A stretch of DNA of 60,442 nucleotides from a candidate division WOR-3 bacterium (GTDB lineage Bacteria; Hydrothermota; Tepidihabitantia; B3-TA06), in the NCBI GenBank assembly GCA_965649265.1, contig CBFGKC010000011.1, positions 1 through 60,442 of the forward strand, written 5' to 3'. Shown in pieces: positions 34,009 to 44,514 of the stretch (its first letter is position 1; each line of letters begins with the position of its first letter). Below the pieces are notes generated by a model, which made no database searches, was not told the origin of the DNA, and saw only the letters and a list, made by a program, of their open reading frames with translations. The translations under genes were made by a program, and so were the position numbers.

Positions 34009-35451
34009 ATGAATTTAAGTGAAAGAGAAAATAGAATAAGGAAATTAAACGAGCTCCGTGAGAAGGGAATAGAACCATACCCTTACTCGTTCGAACGCAC
34101 GCATACGATAAGCCAGGCGCTTGCCGATTTCGACAGCCTTCTCGGAACCCAGACACCGGTTAAGGTCTGCGGGAGGCTTTATACTCGCAGGGATTTCGGC
34201 AAGACGGTTTTCTTTGACCTTCGCGACGAGAACGCCAAGATCCAGCTCTACATCAGAAAGGATGACCTTGGCGAGGAGCCTTTTTCGCGACTTGAACTGA
34301 TTGACCTCGGCGATTTCGTCGGAGTTGAAGGACCTCTGTTCAAGACCAAAACTGGTGAACCCAGCGTTCATGTCACGAAACTTGCACTCCTTTCCAAATC
34401 TCTCGCCGCCATGCCTGAAAAGTTTCATGGCCTGCAGGATACCGAATTAAGGCTGCGCTATCGGCACCTGGATCTTATTTCGAGTGATGAAACACGCGAT
34501 GTGTTCAGGATGCGCTCAAAGGTCACCAATCTCATTCGTCGATTCTTTGATGAGAGGGGGTTTCTGGAAGTGGAAACACCAATGCTGCAGCCTCTTTACG
34601 GAGGTGCCGCTGCCGATCCCTTCCGCACACACTACAATGCCCTTGACCGTGATTACTATCTCAGGATCGCGCCTGAGCTTTATCTCAAAAGATTGCTGGT
34701 CGGCGGCTACGAGAAAGTTTATGAACTCGGGAAAAACTTCCGCAACGAGGGGCTTGACCGTTCGCATAACCCCGAGTACTCAGGTTTCGAGTCCTATCAG
34801 GCTTACGTGGATTACGAGGAGGTCATGCGTCAGGTCGAGGAGCTTTTCCGCTACATCGCTAACGAACTCAAGGGGCAGACAATCGTGACCTGGCAGGGTA
34901 AGGAGTACGATTTCGGAAAAGCCTGGGAGAGGGTGGAGTTCATACCAACGCTCAGGGAAAAGTTGGATGTTGACCCGCTTTCCTTATCGGAAACACAGAT
35001 GAGGGAGACTTGTAAAAAGCACGGTGTCGAGGTCACGGACAAAACCCCTTTCGGAAAGATGCTGGACAAGCTTTTTTCCGAGATGATCCAGGATCATATT
35101 CACGGTCCTGCGTTCGTTATAGATCACCCGAAAATCATCTCGCCTCTTGCAAAGACCAAGCGTGGTAATCCTGAAGTCGTTGAGCGTTTTGAGCCCGTCA
35201 TTGGCGGTATGGAGTTCGGTAATGCCTTTTCAGAGCTCAACGATCCCCTCGAACAGCGTAAGCGTTTCGAGGAACAAGTTTCCAGGCACGAGGAATTCGC
35301 CGTGATAGACGAGGATTTCCTTTCCGCGCTCGAGCAGGGTATGCCTCCAACGGGAGGTCTGGGTCTCGGCGTAGACAGGATTGTCATGCTTTTTACAGAC
35401 AGGCCGTCCATCCGCGATGTAATAATTTTTCCCCAGCTTAGAGAGGAGTGA
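34009..35451 (+). CDS. lysS: lysyl-tRNA synthetase (class II)
   Basis: FLEVETPML, GGAAADPF, YLRIAPELYLKRL, FRNEG, ERFE, GMPPTGGLGLGVDR. Confidence 0.97.
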   Translation: MNLSERENRIRKLNELREKGIEPYPYSFERTHTISQALADFDSLLGTQTPVKVCGRLYTRRDFGKTVFFDLRDENAKIQLYIRKDDLGEEPFSRLELIDLGDFVGVEGPLFKTKTGEPSVHVTKLALLSKSLAAMPEKFHGLQDTELRLRYRHLDLISSDETRDVFRMRSKVTNLIRRFFDERGFLEVETPMLQPLYGGAAADPFRTHYNALDRDYYLRIAPELYLKRLLVGGYEKVYELGKNFRNEGLDRSHNPEYSGFESYQAYVDYEEVMRQVEELFRYIANELKGQTIVTWQGKEYDFGKAWERVEFIPTLREKLDVDPLSLSETQMRETCKKHGVEVTDKTPFGKMLDKLFSEMIQDHIHGPAFVIDHPKIISPLAKTKRGNPEVVERFEPVIGGMEFGNAFSELNDPLEQRKRFEEQVSRHEEFAVIDEDFLSALEQGMPPTGGLGLGVDRIVMLFTDRPSIRDVIIFPQLREE

Positions 35452-36683
35452 AGTTGAACGTTAATCTATTCATCGCACGCCGCTACCTGCGCCAGCGCCG
35501 CAAGGGCGAGGGTTTCTACAGCATAATCTCCGTTATAGCGATTGCGGGAGTCTTTGTCGGCGTTGCCGTCTTGATTATAGCGCTTTCCGTCCTGAACGGT
35601 TTTAACGGAGAGCTCAAGGACCGCATCGCGGGTGTTGCTCCGCACATAACGCTTCAGAAGTTTTATTCCAACCCCATCACGAAGAAAGAATACGAGGAGG
35701 TCGTTTCCAAGCTTTCAAAGATGCGCGAAATTACGGGCGTCGCACCGACCCTCACAAGACGTACTTTAGTTCAGTCGCAATTCGGGGGAGAGGGGGTACT
35801 CGTTCGAGGAGTCGACCTTACTTCCCTGAGAAAGACGTCGAGCATCACCGATCCTTCTTACCCGCTTGAGGGCGAATGGTCTTTTGCCAATCACGGAATA
35901 GTAATCGGTCAACAGCTTGCAGAGAATCTGCGCGTAAAGATCGGTGATACCATTGTCATTGCGTCTCCGACCAATACAATAATGACACCTGTCGGACCCA
36001 TACCGATAGTCAAGAATTACGTTGTGCGCGGAATCTTCGACGCAGGTTTTTATGACTACAACATGGTCATGGTCTTCATCGATCTGCGCGACGCGCAGAC
36101 CCTCTTCGGGTACGGCGAACAGATAACGAACATCGATATAAGACTCCGGGATCCGCTTCTTTCACCCAATGTCACGCAGAGAATCAGGAGTGAGATAGGA
36201 TATCCTTATGCTCCTTTAGACTGGCTTTACCAGAACAAGAATCTTTTTGCCGCGCTCAAGATGCAAAAAGCGGTAGTGTTCATCGTACTTGCCTTGATCA
36301 TACTCGTAGCCGCATTTAACATTGTCGCGACCCTGATAATGACCGTCATGCGAAAGACACGCGAAATAGGGATTCTCAAAGCCATAGGTATGACTTCAGC
36401 AGGTGTGATGCGCGTGTTCACGACCTTCGGACTTCTCATCGGCGTGATAGGCACGGTGCTCGGGAGCGCGTTCGGGGTTCTAGTTTCATGGTTCGTCGAT
36501 AAATTCAAGATAATAAAACTTCCCTCGGAGGTCTGGTACATCGACACCGTTCCGGTGAAAGTGCAGTGGTTGGATCTTGTGCTTGTGGCGGTTGCCGCCG
36601 TTATCATAACTTTTCTTGCAACCATCTATCCGGCCAGCCGCGCATCAAAACTCGATCCTGTGGAGGCTATTCGCTATGAGTAA
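35448..36683 (+). CDS. lolE: lipoprotein-releasing ABC transporter permease LolC/E
   Basis: FIARRYL, SVLNGF, VAAFNIVATL..V..KTREIGILKAIG, YPASRAS.LDPVEAIRYE. Confidence 0.92.
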   Translation: MKLNVNLFIARRYLRQRRKGEGFYSIISVIAIAGVFVGVAVLIIALSVLNGFNGELKDRIAGVAPHITLQKFYSNPITKKEYEEVVSKLSKMREITGVAPTLTRRTLVQSQFGGEGVLVRGVDLTSLRKTSSITDPSYPLEGEWSFANHGIVIGQQLAENLRVKIGDTIVIASPTNTIMTPVGPIPIVKNYVVRGIFDAGFYDYNMVMVFIDLRDAQTLFGYGEQITNIDIRLRDPLLSPNVTQRIRSEIGYPYAPLDWLYQNKNLFAALKMQKAVVFIVLALIILVAAFNIVATLIMTVMRKTREIGILKAIGMTSAGVMRVFTTFGLLIGVIGTVLGSAFGVLVSWFVDKFKIIKLPSEVWYIDTVPVKVQWLDLVLVAVAAVIITFLATIYPASRASKLDPVEAIRYE

Positions 36684-37350
36684 GGAAATACTTGTCGAGG
36701 CGACGAATCTTAAAAAGGTTTACAGTAACGGAGAAGATAAGGTTGAGGCCTTGAGGGATGCGAATTTTTCCTTGCACGAGGGGCAGGCGGTTTCAATTTT
36801 CGGACCCTCCGGCTCGGGAAAGAGCACTTTCCTTCATCTACTCGGTGGTCTAGACAGACCCACAGGGGGAAAGGTTGTATTCGACAAGAAAGATATATTC
36901 GCAATGGACGACAACGCACTCGCCGCCTTCCGTAACAGGGAGATTGGTTTCGTATTTCAATTTCATCATCTTTTTTCCGAATTCTCGGCGCTTGAGAATG
37001 TGGCGATGCCCATGCTTGTCGGCGGCATAAAAGAGAAGGAGGCTTTTGACAAGGCCTCGGTTATTCTTGACGAGGTCGGACTTGCCGAACGCAAGGACTT
37101 TCTCCCGATAAAACTTTCCGGCGGCGAAAAGCAGAGAGTTGCTGTTGCCCGTGCTCTCGCACATGGTCCAAGGCTGGTTCTTGCCGATGAGCCCACAGGC
37201 AATCTTGACGTTGAAACATCGAGAGGGGTTCTCGAGATATTCTCGTCTCTGAACCGTAAGAAGGGTGTGGCTTTCGTTATCGTTTCTCACGACCCGATGA
37301 TAAAGAAATACACAGACAAGCATTACGATTTGATAGACGGAAGGATGTAA
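36676..37350 (+). CDS. lolD: lipoprotein-releasing ABC transporter ATPase LolD
   Basis: GPSGSGKST, GFVFQFHHL, LSGGEKQRVAVARAL, LADEPTGNLD. Confidence 0.92.
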   Translation: MSKEILVEATNLKKVYSNGEDKVEALRDANFSLHEGQAVSIFGPSGSGKSTFLHLLGGLDRPTGGKVVFDKKDIFAMDDNALAAFRNREIGFVFQFHHLFSEFSALENVAMPMLVGGIKEKEAFDKASVILDEVGLAERKDFLPIKLSGGEKQRVAVARALAHGPRLVLADEPTGNLDVETSRGVLEIFSSLNRKKGVAFVIVSHDPMIKKYTDKHYDLIDGRM

Positions 37351-37838
37351 TGCTCTGTGAGGAGTGCCACGAAAATGAGTCCGAGGTTCTCATAACCGAG
37401 GTCGATTCCAAAGGAAATCTTACCGAGAAGAATCTCTGCAAGGCTTGTGCGTCAAAAAAAGGATACTTCGTGCAAAAACAGAAGCCAATCGCCGAGATAT
37501 TCTCGGACGCACTCAAGGAGAAGCAGGAGGGTGAGGAGGAAATCTATTGCTCTACATGCGGAACAAGTTGGTCGGATTTCAAGGAACACGGTCGTTTCGG
37601 CTGCGCCGAATGTTATAAAAGCTTCGGTGACAAGATTGAGAAGCTCATCACTCGCGTACAGGGCGCCTCAAGGCACGTAGGCAGAAAGGCAAAGGCTGCC
37701 AGCGATACCTCGCTAATCTTTGCCGACATGGAACTCAAGAGACTGCGCAAGGAACTTGCCAGAGCGATACAGAATGAGGAGTATGAGAAGGCCGCCCGCA
37801 TACGCGACGATATGAAAAAGTATGAAAACCGGACTTGA
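37350..37838 (+). CDS. mcsA: McsA, protein-arginine kinase activator
   Basis: Four CxxC motifs, GRFGCAECY, HVGR, C-terminal UVR (EEYEKAARIRD). Confidence 0.92.
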   Translation: MLCEECHENESEVLITEVDSKGNLTEKNLCKACASKKGYFVQKQKPIAEIFSDALKEKQEGEEEIYCSTCGTSWSDFKEHGRFGCAECYKSFGDKIEKLITRVQGASRHVGRKAKAASDTSLIFADMELKRLRKELARAIQNEEYEKAARIRDDMKKYENRT

Positions 37839-38874
37839 CAGTTCCAGGGTAGGGGCGTGGCTATCAGGCGAAGGAAGGGATGCAGATATTATCATCAGTT
37901 CGAGAATACGTCTTGCGCGAAACATAGAGGGGGTCCCCTTCCTCCTGAAGGCTTCCTCGCAAGAGCAGCTTGAACTTTTAGCTCACGTAGACAGGGCTTT
38001 GACGTCGATTTTTCCCGCCAACGTTAAAGGACTGGTAAAGCTCGAGGATCTGACTCCTCTGGAGGCAGAATTTCTTCTCGAGCGCCACCTTGTTTCACCT
38101 TTCTTCCTGCAAAGCCAGATTCAGCGTGGTTTTTTTGCATCGGCTGACGAGAGCTTCAGTCTTATGGCGAATGAGGAAGATCATCTCAGGATGCAGATGT
38201 TTGGTTCAGGGCTTTCTTTAAAGGAACTATGGGACAAAATGGAGGGAATCGAAGAGAAGCTGAATGCCGTGCTTCCTTTTTCATACGATGATCGCTACGG
38301 CTTTCTTACCGCCTGTCCAACGAATGTAGGCACAGGAATGCGTGCTTCGCTTCTGATTCATCTTCCAGGTGTGGTTCTTACGAAAGAAATCGACCGTGTT
38401 TTGAGGGGAGTTCTTCAGTTGGGGCTCCTGGTAAGGGGAACGTACGGAGAAGGTACGGAAACGAAAGGGTATCTTTTTCAGATATCCAACCAGCGGACGC
38501 TGGGTCAAAGTGAGTCCGAAATCGTTGATACGTTGACCAAGACTGCCGAGCAGCTTGTCAACTACGAGAAGGATGCAAGGCGTTACCTTGAAAACAAGAT
38601 GGGCACATACATATCGGATAAGGTTTACCGCTCCTTCGGGATTCTCAAGTATGCTCGCAGGCTTTCGAGTGAAGAGACCTTCAATCTCATCTCTACACTT
38701 CGGCTTTCCGGGAAAAGGATTGAGAATATTGATACCGCTAAGCTTAACAGGCTTATGATCCTTACGAAGCCTGCGAATTTGCAGCTTTACTTCGGTCAGG
38801 ACATGACTCCGGAACTGCGCGACCTGAAACGAGCCGACCTCATCAGGGAATCACTTGCCGATGCTGAACCTTGA
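37822..38874 (+). CDS. mcsB: McsB, protein-arginine kinase
   Basis: SSRIRLARN, NEEDHLR, TACPTNVGTGMRAS, RGTYGEG, QISNQRTLG. Confidence 0.95.
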   Translation: MKTGLDSSRVGAWLSGEGRDADIIISSRIRLARNIEGVPFLLKASSQEQLELLAHVDRALTSIFPANVKGLVKLEDLTPLEAEFLLERHLVSPFFLQSQIQRGFFASADESFSLMANEEDHLRMQMFGSGLSLKELWDKMEGIEEKLNAVLPFSYDDRYGFLTACPTNVGTGMRASLLIHLPGVVLTKEIDRVLRGVLQLGLLVRGTYGEGTETKGYLFQISNQRTLGQSESEIVDTLTKTAEQLVNYEKDARRYLENKMGTYISDKVYRSFGILKYARRLSSEETFNLISTLRLSGKRIENIDTAKLNRLMILTKPANLQLYFGQDMTPELRDLKRADLIRESLADAEP

Positions 38875-39820
38875 GTCACTGGGTGAAGACGGTTTTCTCA
38901 AAGACCTTCCAAAGTGGCTCTTGCATACGAATCGGCACGTTAGAGTCGGAATAGGTGACGATGCGCTCGTTCTCGACAACGGGATAGTCGTAACCTCAGA
39001 TTCTTACGAAGAAGGCGTCCACTTCTCCTCCGGATACTTTTCACCCCGCGATATAGGATTTAAATCTGCAGGCGCAACGCTTTCCGATCTTGCCGCGATG
39101 GGTGCAGAACCGATATGTTTACTGGTCAATCTTTTCTGCTCCAGAGATCTCGGCATTGACAATCTCAAATCCCTCTACGCGGGAATGGAAGAGGTATCCT
39201 CCAGCGTGGGGGCTCAGATTGCAGGCGGAGACACTGTTGCCTCCGAGAAGCTTATTCTCAGCCTTACGGCTCTCGGCAAGGCACCTAACTCCTTGCTTCG
39301 CTCGGGCGCAAAACCAGGTGATTCGTTGTACCTCTCCGGTTTCCCCGGTCTTTCGGCAGTCGGCCATACCGCGCTGGCGACTGCATCCCCGGGCTTCCCT
39401 GAATCCAAAGAAAAGCATCTGAGACCGAAGCCCAGGGTATCCCTTGGAATTGAGCTTCGGGAGCTTGCATCCTCCGCCATCGATACCTCGGACGGAATCT
39501 CGACAGATGCGGCGCATCTTGCACACTCAAGCGGGATAAAGCTCATTATTGAACAGGAGCTATTACCCGCTCACCCGGAGATTCTTTTGTGGGCAAATGG
39601 GCATGGAACCGATCTGTCTTCGCTGATGCTTAACGGCGGCGAGGATTACGAACTTCTTTTTACGTCATCTGCCGGTATTCCGTCCGAAATCGCCGGGTCC
39701 AGGATAACGCGAATCGGACGAATAGAAGAGGGGGAAGGGGTGTACCTTGAAATCGAGAAAAGGACGCAACCTCTTCCTTCCAAGGGGTACGACCACTTTA
39801 AAAAGTCCGACATAGTCTAA
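38861..39820 (+). CDS. thiL: thiamine-monophosphate kinase
   Basis: GIGDDA, SDLAAMGA, GGDT, DTSDG, GGEDYELLF, GYDHF. Confidence 0.93.
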   Translation: MLNLESLGEDGFLKDLPKWLLHTNRHVRVGIGDDALVLDNGIVVTSDSYEEGVHFSSGYFSPRDIGFKSAGATLSDLAAMGAEPICLLVNLFCSRDLGIDNLKSLYAGMEEVSSSVGAQIAGGDTVASEKLILSLTALGKAPNSLLRSGAKPGDSLYLSGFPGLSAVGHTALATASPGFPESKEKHLRPKPRVSLGIELRELASSAIDTSDGISTDAAHLAHSSGIKLIIEQELLPAHPEILLWANGHGTDLSSLMLNGGEDYELLFTSSAGIPSEIAGSRITRIGRIEEGEGVYLEIEKRTQPLPSKGYDHFKKSDIV

Positions 39821-40025
39821 GAAACATCCTAGGCTGGGGGTTAATTATGTGACCGGTTATTGCACTTCCGAAGATGTACCAAGAATAGATTTTTTTAGTC
39901 TGTAGACGTTCATGATATTGACAACAAGTGAATTAGGGCTATATTTATATTGCATTTAGAACCTGACACCATGGGAACTAAAATCGAAAAGCAGGGACAG
40001 CATCTTTCAGAGAAAGGATTGAGAA

Positions 40026-41582
40026 ATGAACGAATCAACCGGAGGAGTACTTGCTCATAAACGGCCGGCGGTTCCCATATCGTTGTTCTTTACGCTTTTA
40101 CTCATTGAATGCAGCCAGGCGCAAACGGGGATCTACACGCTTGATGGTGAAACAGATACCGAGAACGACGAAGCCTATGCCGCAACCCTTACCGATCAAT
40201 CCGCAGTCTACGTCCTGAATTCCGGCAATCTAACGCTCAACAACTGCACCATGACAAAGACCGGTGACGCCTCTGATGTCAACCAAAGCAGTCAGTATGG
40301 GATCAACGCCGGTGTACTTGCAACGTCAGCTTCAAAAGTAACCATCAACGGCGGTTCGGTAACCACCGATGCGAGCGGGGCTAACGGTCTTTTTGCTACA
40401 GGCAGCGGATCTTCCATTACCATGTCAGACGGTGTCATCGAAGCTTCGGGAGCTAACGCTCACGGAGTAGACGCGACCTACGGCGGCTCAATTACACTGA
40501 CCAACGTAGATGTTTCAACCGACGGCGCAAGCGCTTCGGTTCTTGCCACCGATTTCGGAGGTGGAACCGTTACGGTCACGGGCGGGACAATTACAGCCAA
40601 AGCGACAGAAGCGGGCAGCCATTCCGCGGGCATATACTCGACCGGGACCATTACGGTTTCCGATGCAATTGTTTCGTCGTTCGGCGACTGCGGAGGCGTC
40701 ATTGACGGCGCAAACTCGATAATCCTCAACAACACTTCTTTATCGGGTACCGTTGAAGGGATCAAGATCTGGAAGACGGCTCCGGCAGCAGGAGCAGCCA
40801 CTGTTACGATTGACGGCGGGTCCCTTACATCCACTGAAGGCGACGGCTTCTATGTTACAGGTGAAACCGGCAACGCTGCAACAGCAACCCTTACCGTAAA
40901 AAACGGGGCAACGATTAACGCAGCTTCGGGCAACATCGTGAACGTCAAATACTCGAGCGTCGCGACCTTTGTTGCAGATGCGGTATCGCTATCGGGCAAT
41001 TTAACAGCCGACGATGCGAGCACTCTTGAAATCACGCTCAAGAACGGCACAGCTCTTAACGGCAGGATCGTTAACGCGGCAGTAACCATGGATGCAAATT
41101 CCACATGGTCGTTGAACGGATACTCTATTCTTACCGTTTTCTCCGATCCGGGCGGCATCTCAGGCCTATCTGTAACCAACGTTACCGGCAACGGACACTA
41201 TATCCATTACGATTCCTCCCTTACAGAGAATGCCTATCTCGGCGGCAAAACCTACTCGCTGGTCAACGGGGGCGTTCTGACGCCTGGCGAGGTCGGCGCC
41301 GTTTCCGAAGACTACGGCAATGCCTGCATTCTTTACGAAAACTACCCCAATCCTTTTAAATCTACTACAACCGTTAGTTTTTTGCTAACTAGAAAGTCAA
41401 ACGTCAGCTTGAAGATTTATAATCAAACGGGTCAGCAGGTCGCATGCCTCGTCGAAGGAACATGCACTGCAGGTGAGTATGTGATACCATTCAGCAGTAC
41501 AAACTTTGCCACCGGTATTTATTTCGTTCGCCTGATCGCCAACGGTTGCGTAGATACTCAAAAGATGATAATTCAGAAATAG
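40026..41582 (+). CDS. beta-helix-like surface protein with T9SS CTD
   Basis: Gly/Thr/Ser/Ala-rich repeats; CTD YPNPF...LKIYNQTGQQV...GIYFVRL...KMIIQK. Confidence 0.85.
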   Translation: MNESTGGVLAHKRPAVPISLFFTLLLIECSQAQTGIYTLDGETDTENDEAYAATLTDQSAVYVLNSGNLTLNNCTMTKTGDASDVNQSSQYGINAGVLATSASKVTINGGSVTTDASGANGLFATGSGSSITMSDGVIEASGANAHGVDATYGGSITLTNVDVSTDGASASVLATDFGGGTVTVTGGTITAKATEAGSHSAGIYSTGTITVSDAIVSSFGDCGGVIDGANSIILNNTSLSGTVEGIKIWKTAPAAGAATVTIDGGSLTSTEGDGFYVTGETGNAATATLTVKNGATINAASGNIVNVKYSSVATFVADAVSLSGNLTADDASTLEITLKNGTALNGRIVNAAVTMDANSTWSLNGYSILTVFSDPGGISGLSVTNVTGNGHYIHYDSSLTENAYLGGKTYSLVNGGVLTPGEVGAVSEDYGNACILYENYPNPFKSTTTVSFLLTRKSNVSLKIYNQTGQQVACLVEGTCTAGEYVIPFSSTNFATGIYFVRLIANGCVDTQKMIIQK

Positions 41583-41824
41583 ATACCTTATCCATTAACT
41601 TCAACATTCTATTTACTTATGCACCCACCGGGGCGCATATTTTCTTGCATATCCTTATAACCTTCATTAAATCTAAGTTTGACCATTATCTGAAATGTAT
41701 TTACCATCCACTATTTTTTTCTTCGGGAGACATCGATATTTGAGTCTAAAAAAAGATATTAAAAGCTTGACATTTTACCAAAAATCTATATTCTTCAAGT
41801 AAGTAAATCAACCTGGAGGAGAAA

Positions 41825-42226
41825 ATGAAAAAAATCATAACCCTAACAATCATGACAATGGCCGTGCTTGCTATTGCCGGCCAGTCGGCGCCCGTCGATG
41901 AAACGGCAGTGAATCCTGAAGTAGGCAACGCGCTTACCACAATATACTGGTCTGGCACTGGTACAGGCGCATGGCAGACTTTTGAAATCTATTATGATAC
42001 AGAAACAGGAACCTTTGAAGGTAAATGGTGGTACGATGATTCGCATGAAGGATGGATAAAAGGAGCCGCAACCGCTGAAATCATTGGCGGCGTGACCGGC
42101 AAAGGCACTTTCGGCGGTGACTATGCAGGGGCCTGGTCTGGAACCTTCTATTTCCGTGGAGAATGTTTTGGTAAAACCTGGGGTAAGTCCGACCCACCCG
42201 GAGACGGAGAGTTCAAAGGTATCTGA
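41825..42226 (+). CDS. exported hypothetical protein
   Basis: GGAGG RBS; signal peptide; promoter at 41767-41794; resembles 4800. Confidence 0.78.
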   Translation: MKKIITLTIMTMAVLAIAGQSAPVDETAVNPEVGNALTTIYWSGTGTGAWQTFEIYYDTETGTFEGKWWYDDSHEGWIKGAATAEIIGGVTGKGTFGGDYAGAWSGTFYFRGECFGKTWGKSDPPGDGEFKGI

Positions 42227-42276
42227 GCGTAAACATTAAATAGCGTCTGACGACCTATTCACGAAACCGGTGACGT

Positions 42277-42320
42277 AACCAGGAAGCCTGAGTAGTGAAA
42301 CTTGGGCTTCTTGGTTTTTT
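42277..42320 (+). terminator. rho-independent terminator
   Basis: AACCAGGAAGCCTGAG/CTTGGGCTTCTTGGTT stem with T tract. Confidence 0.75.
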
Positions 42321-42575
42321 CATACTTACTTAATTTTTCTCTGAGCTCACTTCAGACACTACGTCTTTCGCCTGAAAGGTAATTACCTGATTCAGTTATA
42401 ATTTTGCATGTTTTGTAAAATTTAAAATCGTGATCTCGAGAGCTGGACTAGAAATTCCTGAAGATGTTCTTCTTTTATGTTACTAAGTTCTAAAACTTCA
42501 TCAATTTACCCCTTGACACGATAGTGATTCTTAAGTAATATGTAATTACAAACATCTAAAACTTGAGGAGGCTCT

Positions 42576-44459
42576 ATGAAAAGAGCTTTTGTGTTTTCTA
42601 CGGGAGTGTTTCTTTTGTCGGCAACAATGATGGTCGCCAACGTTTGGGGACCGGATATAAGACTTACCACTAACGATTCGATCTCATATACCACTACTAA
42701 CAATGCCCGCTGTATCGGAGCGACAGGCGATACTCTATACCTTATCTGGGGTGATGCCCGAGACTCAGGCGTTTACGAAGTATACTACAAGCGTTCTACG
42801 GACAACGGCGCGACATGGTCCGCGGACGCTCGCCTTTCGGCGAACGACTCCTCTTACTCCACCCCAGGTTCATTTGCCTTTTCCGGCAGTGTTCTTCATG
42901 TCGTCTGGGTCGATGCACGTGACACATCCACTGAGATTTACTACAAGCGCTCTGAGGATGCAGGCGGTACATGGAATACTGACACTCGATTGACTACTGA
43001 TACTTTTGAATGTTCTGTACCGTCGCTTGCCGTGCAAGGAAGTAATGTGCATCTTGTATGGGAAGACGCACGTGATACGTGTCACGAGATATACTACAAA
43101 CGTTCGACCAATGCCGGCGACTCGTGGGGGGGAGATACAAGGTTATCGACCAAAGATGATTCCGTCTCGAGATTTCCCTCAGTGGCGGCATCAGGCTCTA
43201 ACGTTCACGTAGTTTGGTCCGATAACAGGGACGGAAACCTGGAGACATACTACCGCCGTTCAGTGAACAACGGAACCGACTGGGGTACCGAAACAAGGTT
43301 GACGACAAACGATTCTTTATCGAGTACTGCCTGCATTGCCGTATCTGGAGATACAGTACATGTAGTCTGGTGTGACGGTCGTGATGGAAATTCGGAATTG
43401 TACTACAAGCGCTCCAATGACAACGGAACCACGTGGAGTACAGATGCAAGATTGACAAACGATGATGCATTGTCCTCGAATCCATCCATCGCTGTTTTTG
43501 GAAGCGCCGTGCATATTGTGTGGTACGACGCCCGTAACGGAAATATGGAGATATATTACAAGTACTCGATGGATAACGGAGCCAATTGGAGTCCTGACAT
43601 AAGACTTACCAATAATGCCGCTTCGTCCTATAATCCCATCGTTGCAACGTTCGGTTTGGACGTTCATGTCGTCTGGATAGATGATCGCGACGGCAACGAT
43701 GAGATTTATTACAAGCACGCGAGTGAGGTAAGGCCCGACGCACTTATCAAGAATCCAGCAGATACTTTATATGTCGGTTCTGACACCTATAATGCCGACG
43801 CTACAAACCAGTCGGTTTTCCAAACGGCTCAGCTTCTTTCCACCGCGACTTATCAGATTATGCTGGAAAACGATGCCAACATTCCGGATACTTTAAGAAT
43901 CACAGGCACCGCAGGAAATTCGCAATGGTTAGTAGGTTACTTTGACGCATTAACCGGTGGTAACAACATTACATCCACTGTTACCACTGCCGGCTGGAGT
44001 TCCGGCGAGATAGCCGCAGGATCCTCAAAACAGCTAAGGATTGAGGTCATTCCACTCGACACGGTTCCCGGCGACACATTCTACGACGTTACCCTTACGG
44101 CTACGTCCATACGCGATACAACTAAACTTGATGCCATCAAGGCTACGACGCTTATTGAAATTATTCCAGGTGTCGGGGAGCATAAGCCTTTAATTCCTTC
44201 GGATTATTTCCTCAGTACCGCTGCAACCGCCATGGGTTCAGGCGTTATACGCTATGGGATTCCAGTTGCGGACGACGTGGTTTTAAAAGTTTACGATATA
44301 ACCGGTAAGAGAACGGATGTTCTTGTCTCCGGAAAAAAGGAAGCGGGTATTTATGAAACGCGCCTCGATGCAAACTCAAAGCTTCCTTCTGGCGTTTATT
44401 TCGTAAGGTTCGAAGCAGGTTCGTTCTCAAAAACCCAGAAGGTTCTTTTGGTGAGGTAA
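42576..44459 (+). CDS. Asp-box/BNR-repeat beta-propeller protein with T9SS CTD
   Basis: About seven repeats HVVWxDxRDxxxEIYYKRSxDxGxTW; CTD LKVYDITGKR...GVYFVRF...KVLLVR. Confidence 0.88.
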   Translation: MKRAFVFSTGVFLLSATMMVANVWGPDIRLTTNDSISYTTTNNARCIGATGDTLYLIWGDARDSGVYEVYYKRSTDNGATWSADARLSANDSSYSTPGSFAFSGSVLHVVWVDARDTSTEIYYKRSEDAGGTWNTDTRLTTDTFECSVPSLAVQGSNVHLVWEDARDTCHEIYYKRSTNAGDSWGGDTRLSTKDDSVSRFPSVAASGSNVHVVWSDNRDGNLETYYRRSVNNGTDWGTETRLTTNDSLSSTACIAVSGDTVHVVWCDGRDGNSELYYKRSNDNGTTWSTDARLTNDDALSSNPSIAVFGSAVHIVWYDARNGNMEIYYKYSMDNGANWSPDIRLTNNAASSYNPIVATFGLDVHVVWIDDRDGNDEIYYKHASEVRPDALIKNPADTLYVGSDTYNADATNQSVFQTAQLLSTATYQIMLENDANIPDTLRITGTAGNSQWLVGYFDALTGGNNITSTVTTAGWSSGEIAAGSSKQLRIEVIPLDTVPGDTFYDVTLTATSIRDTTKLDAIKATTLIEIIPGVGEHKPLIPSDYFLSTAATAMGSGVIRYGIPVADDVVLKVYDITGKRTDVLVSGKKEAGIYETRLDANSKLPSGVYFVRFEAGSFSKTQKVLLVR

Positions 44460-44469
44460 ATTCGCGAGT

Positions 44470-44503
44470 AAAAAAAGACGAGGCACAAGCCTCGTCTTTT
44501 TTT
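44470..44503. terminator. bidirectional terminator
   Basis: A7-GACGAGGC-ACAA-GCCTCGTC-T7 between convergent genes. Confidence 0.9.
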
Positions 44504-44514
44504 ACGTTAAATCC

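Noticed and set aside
42576-44459. Calling the Asp-box protein a sialidase
   Set aside because: No F/Y-R-I-P motif or catalytic Arg triad is evident; Asp-boxes alone are structural.
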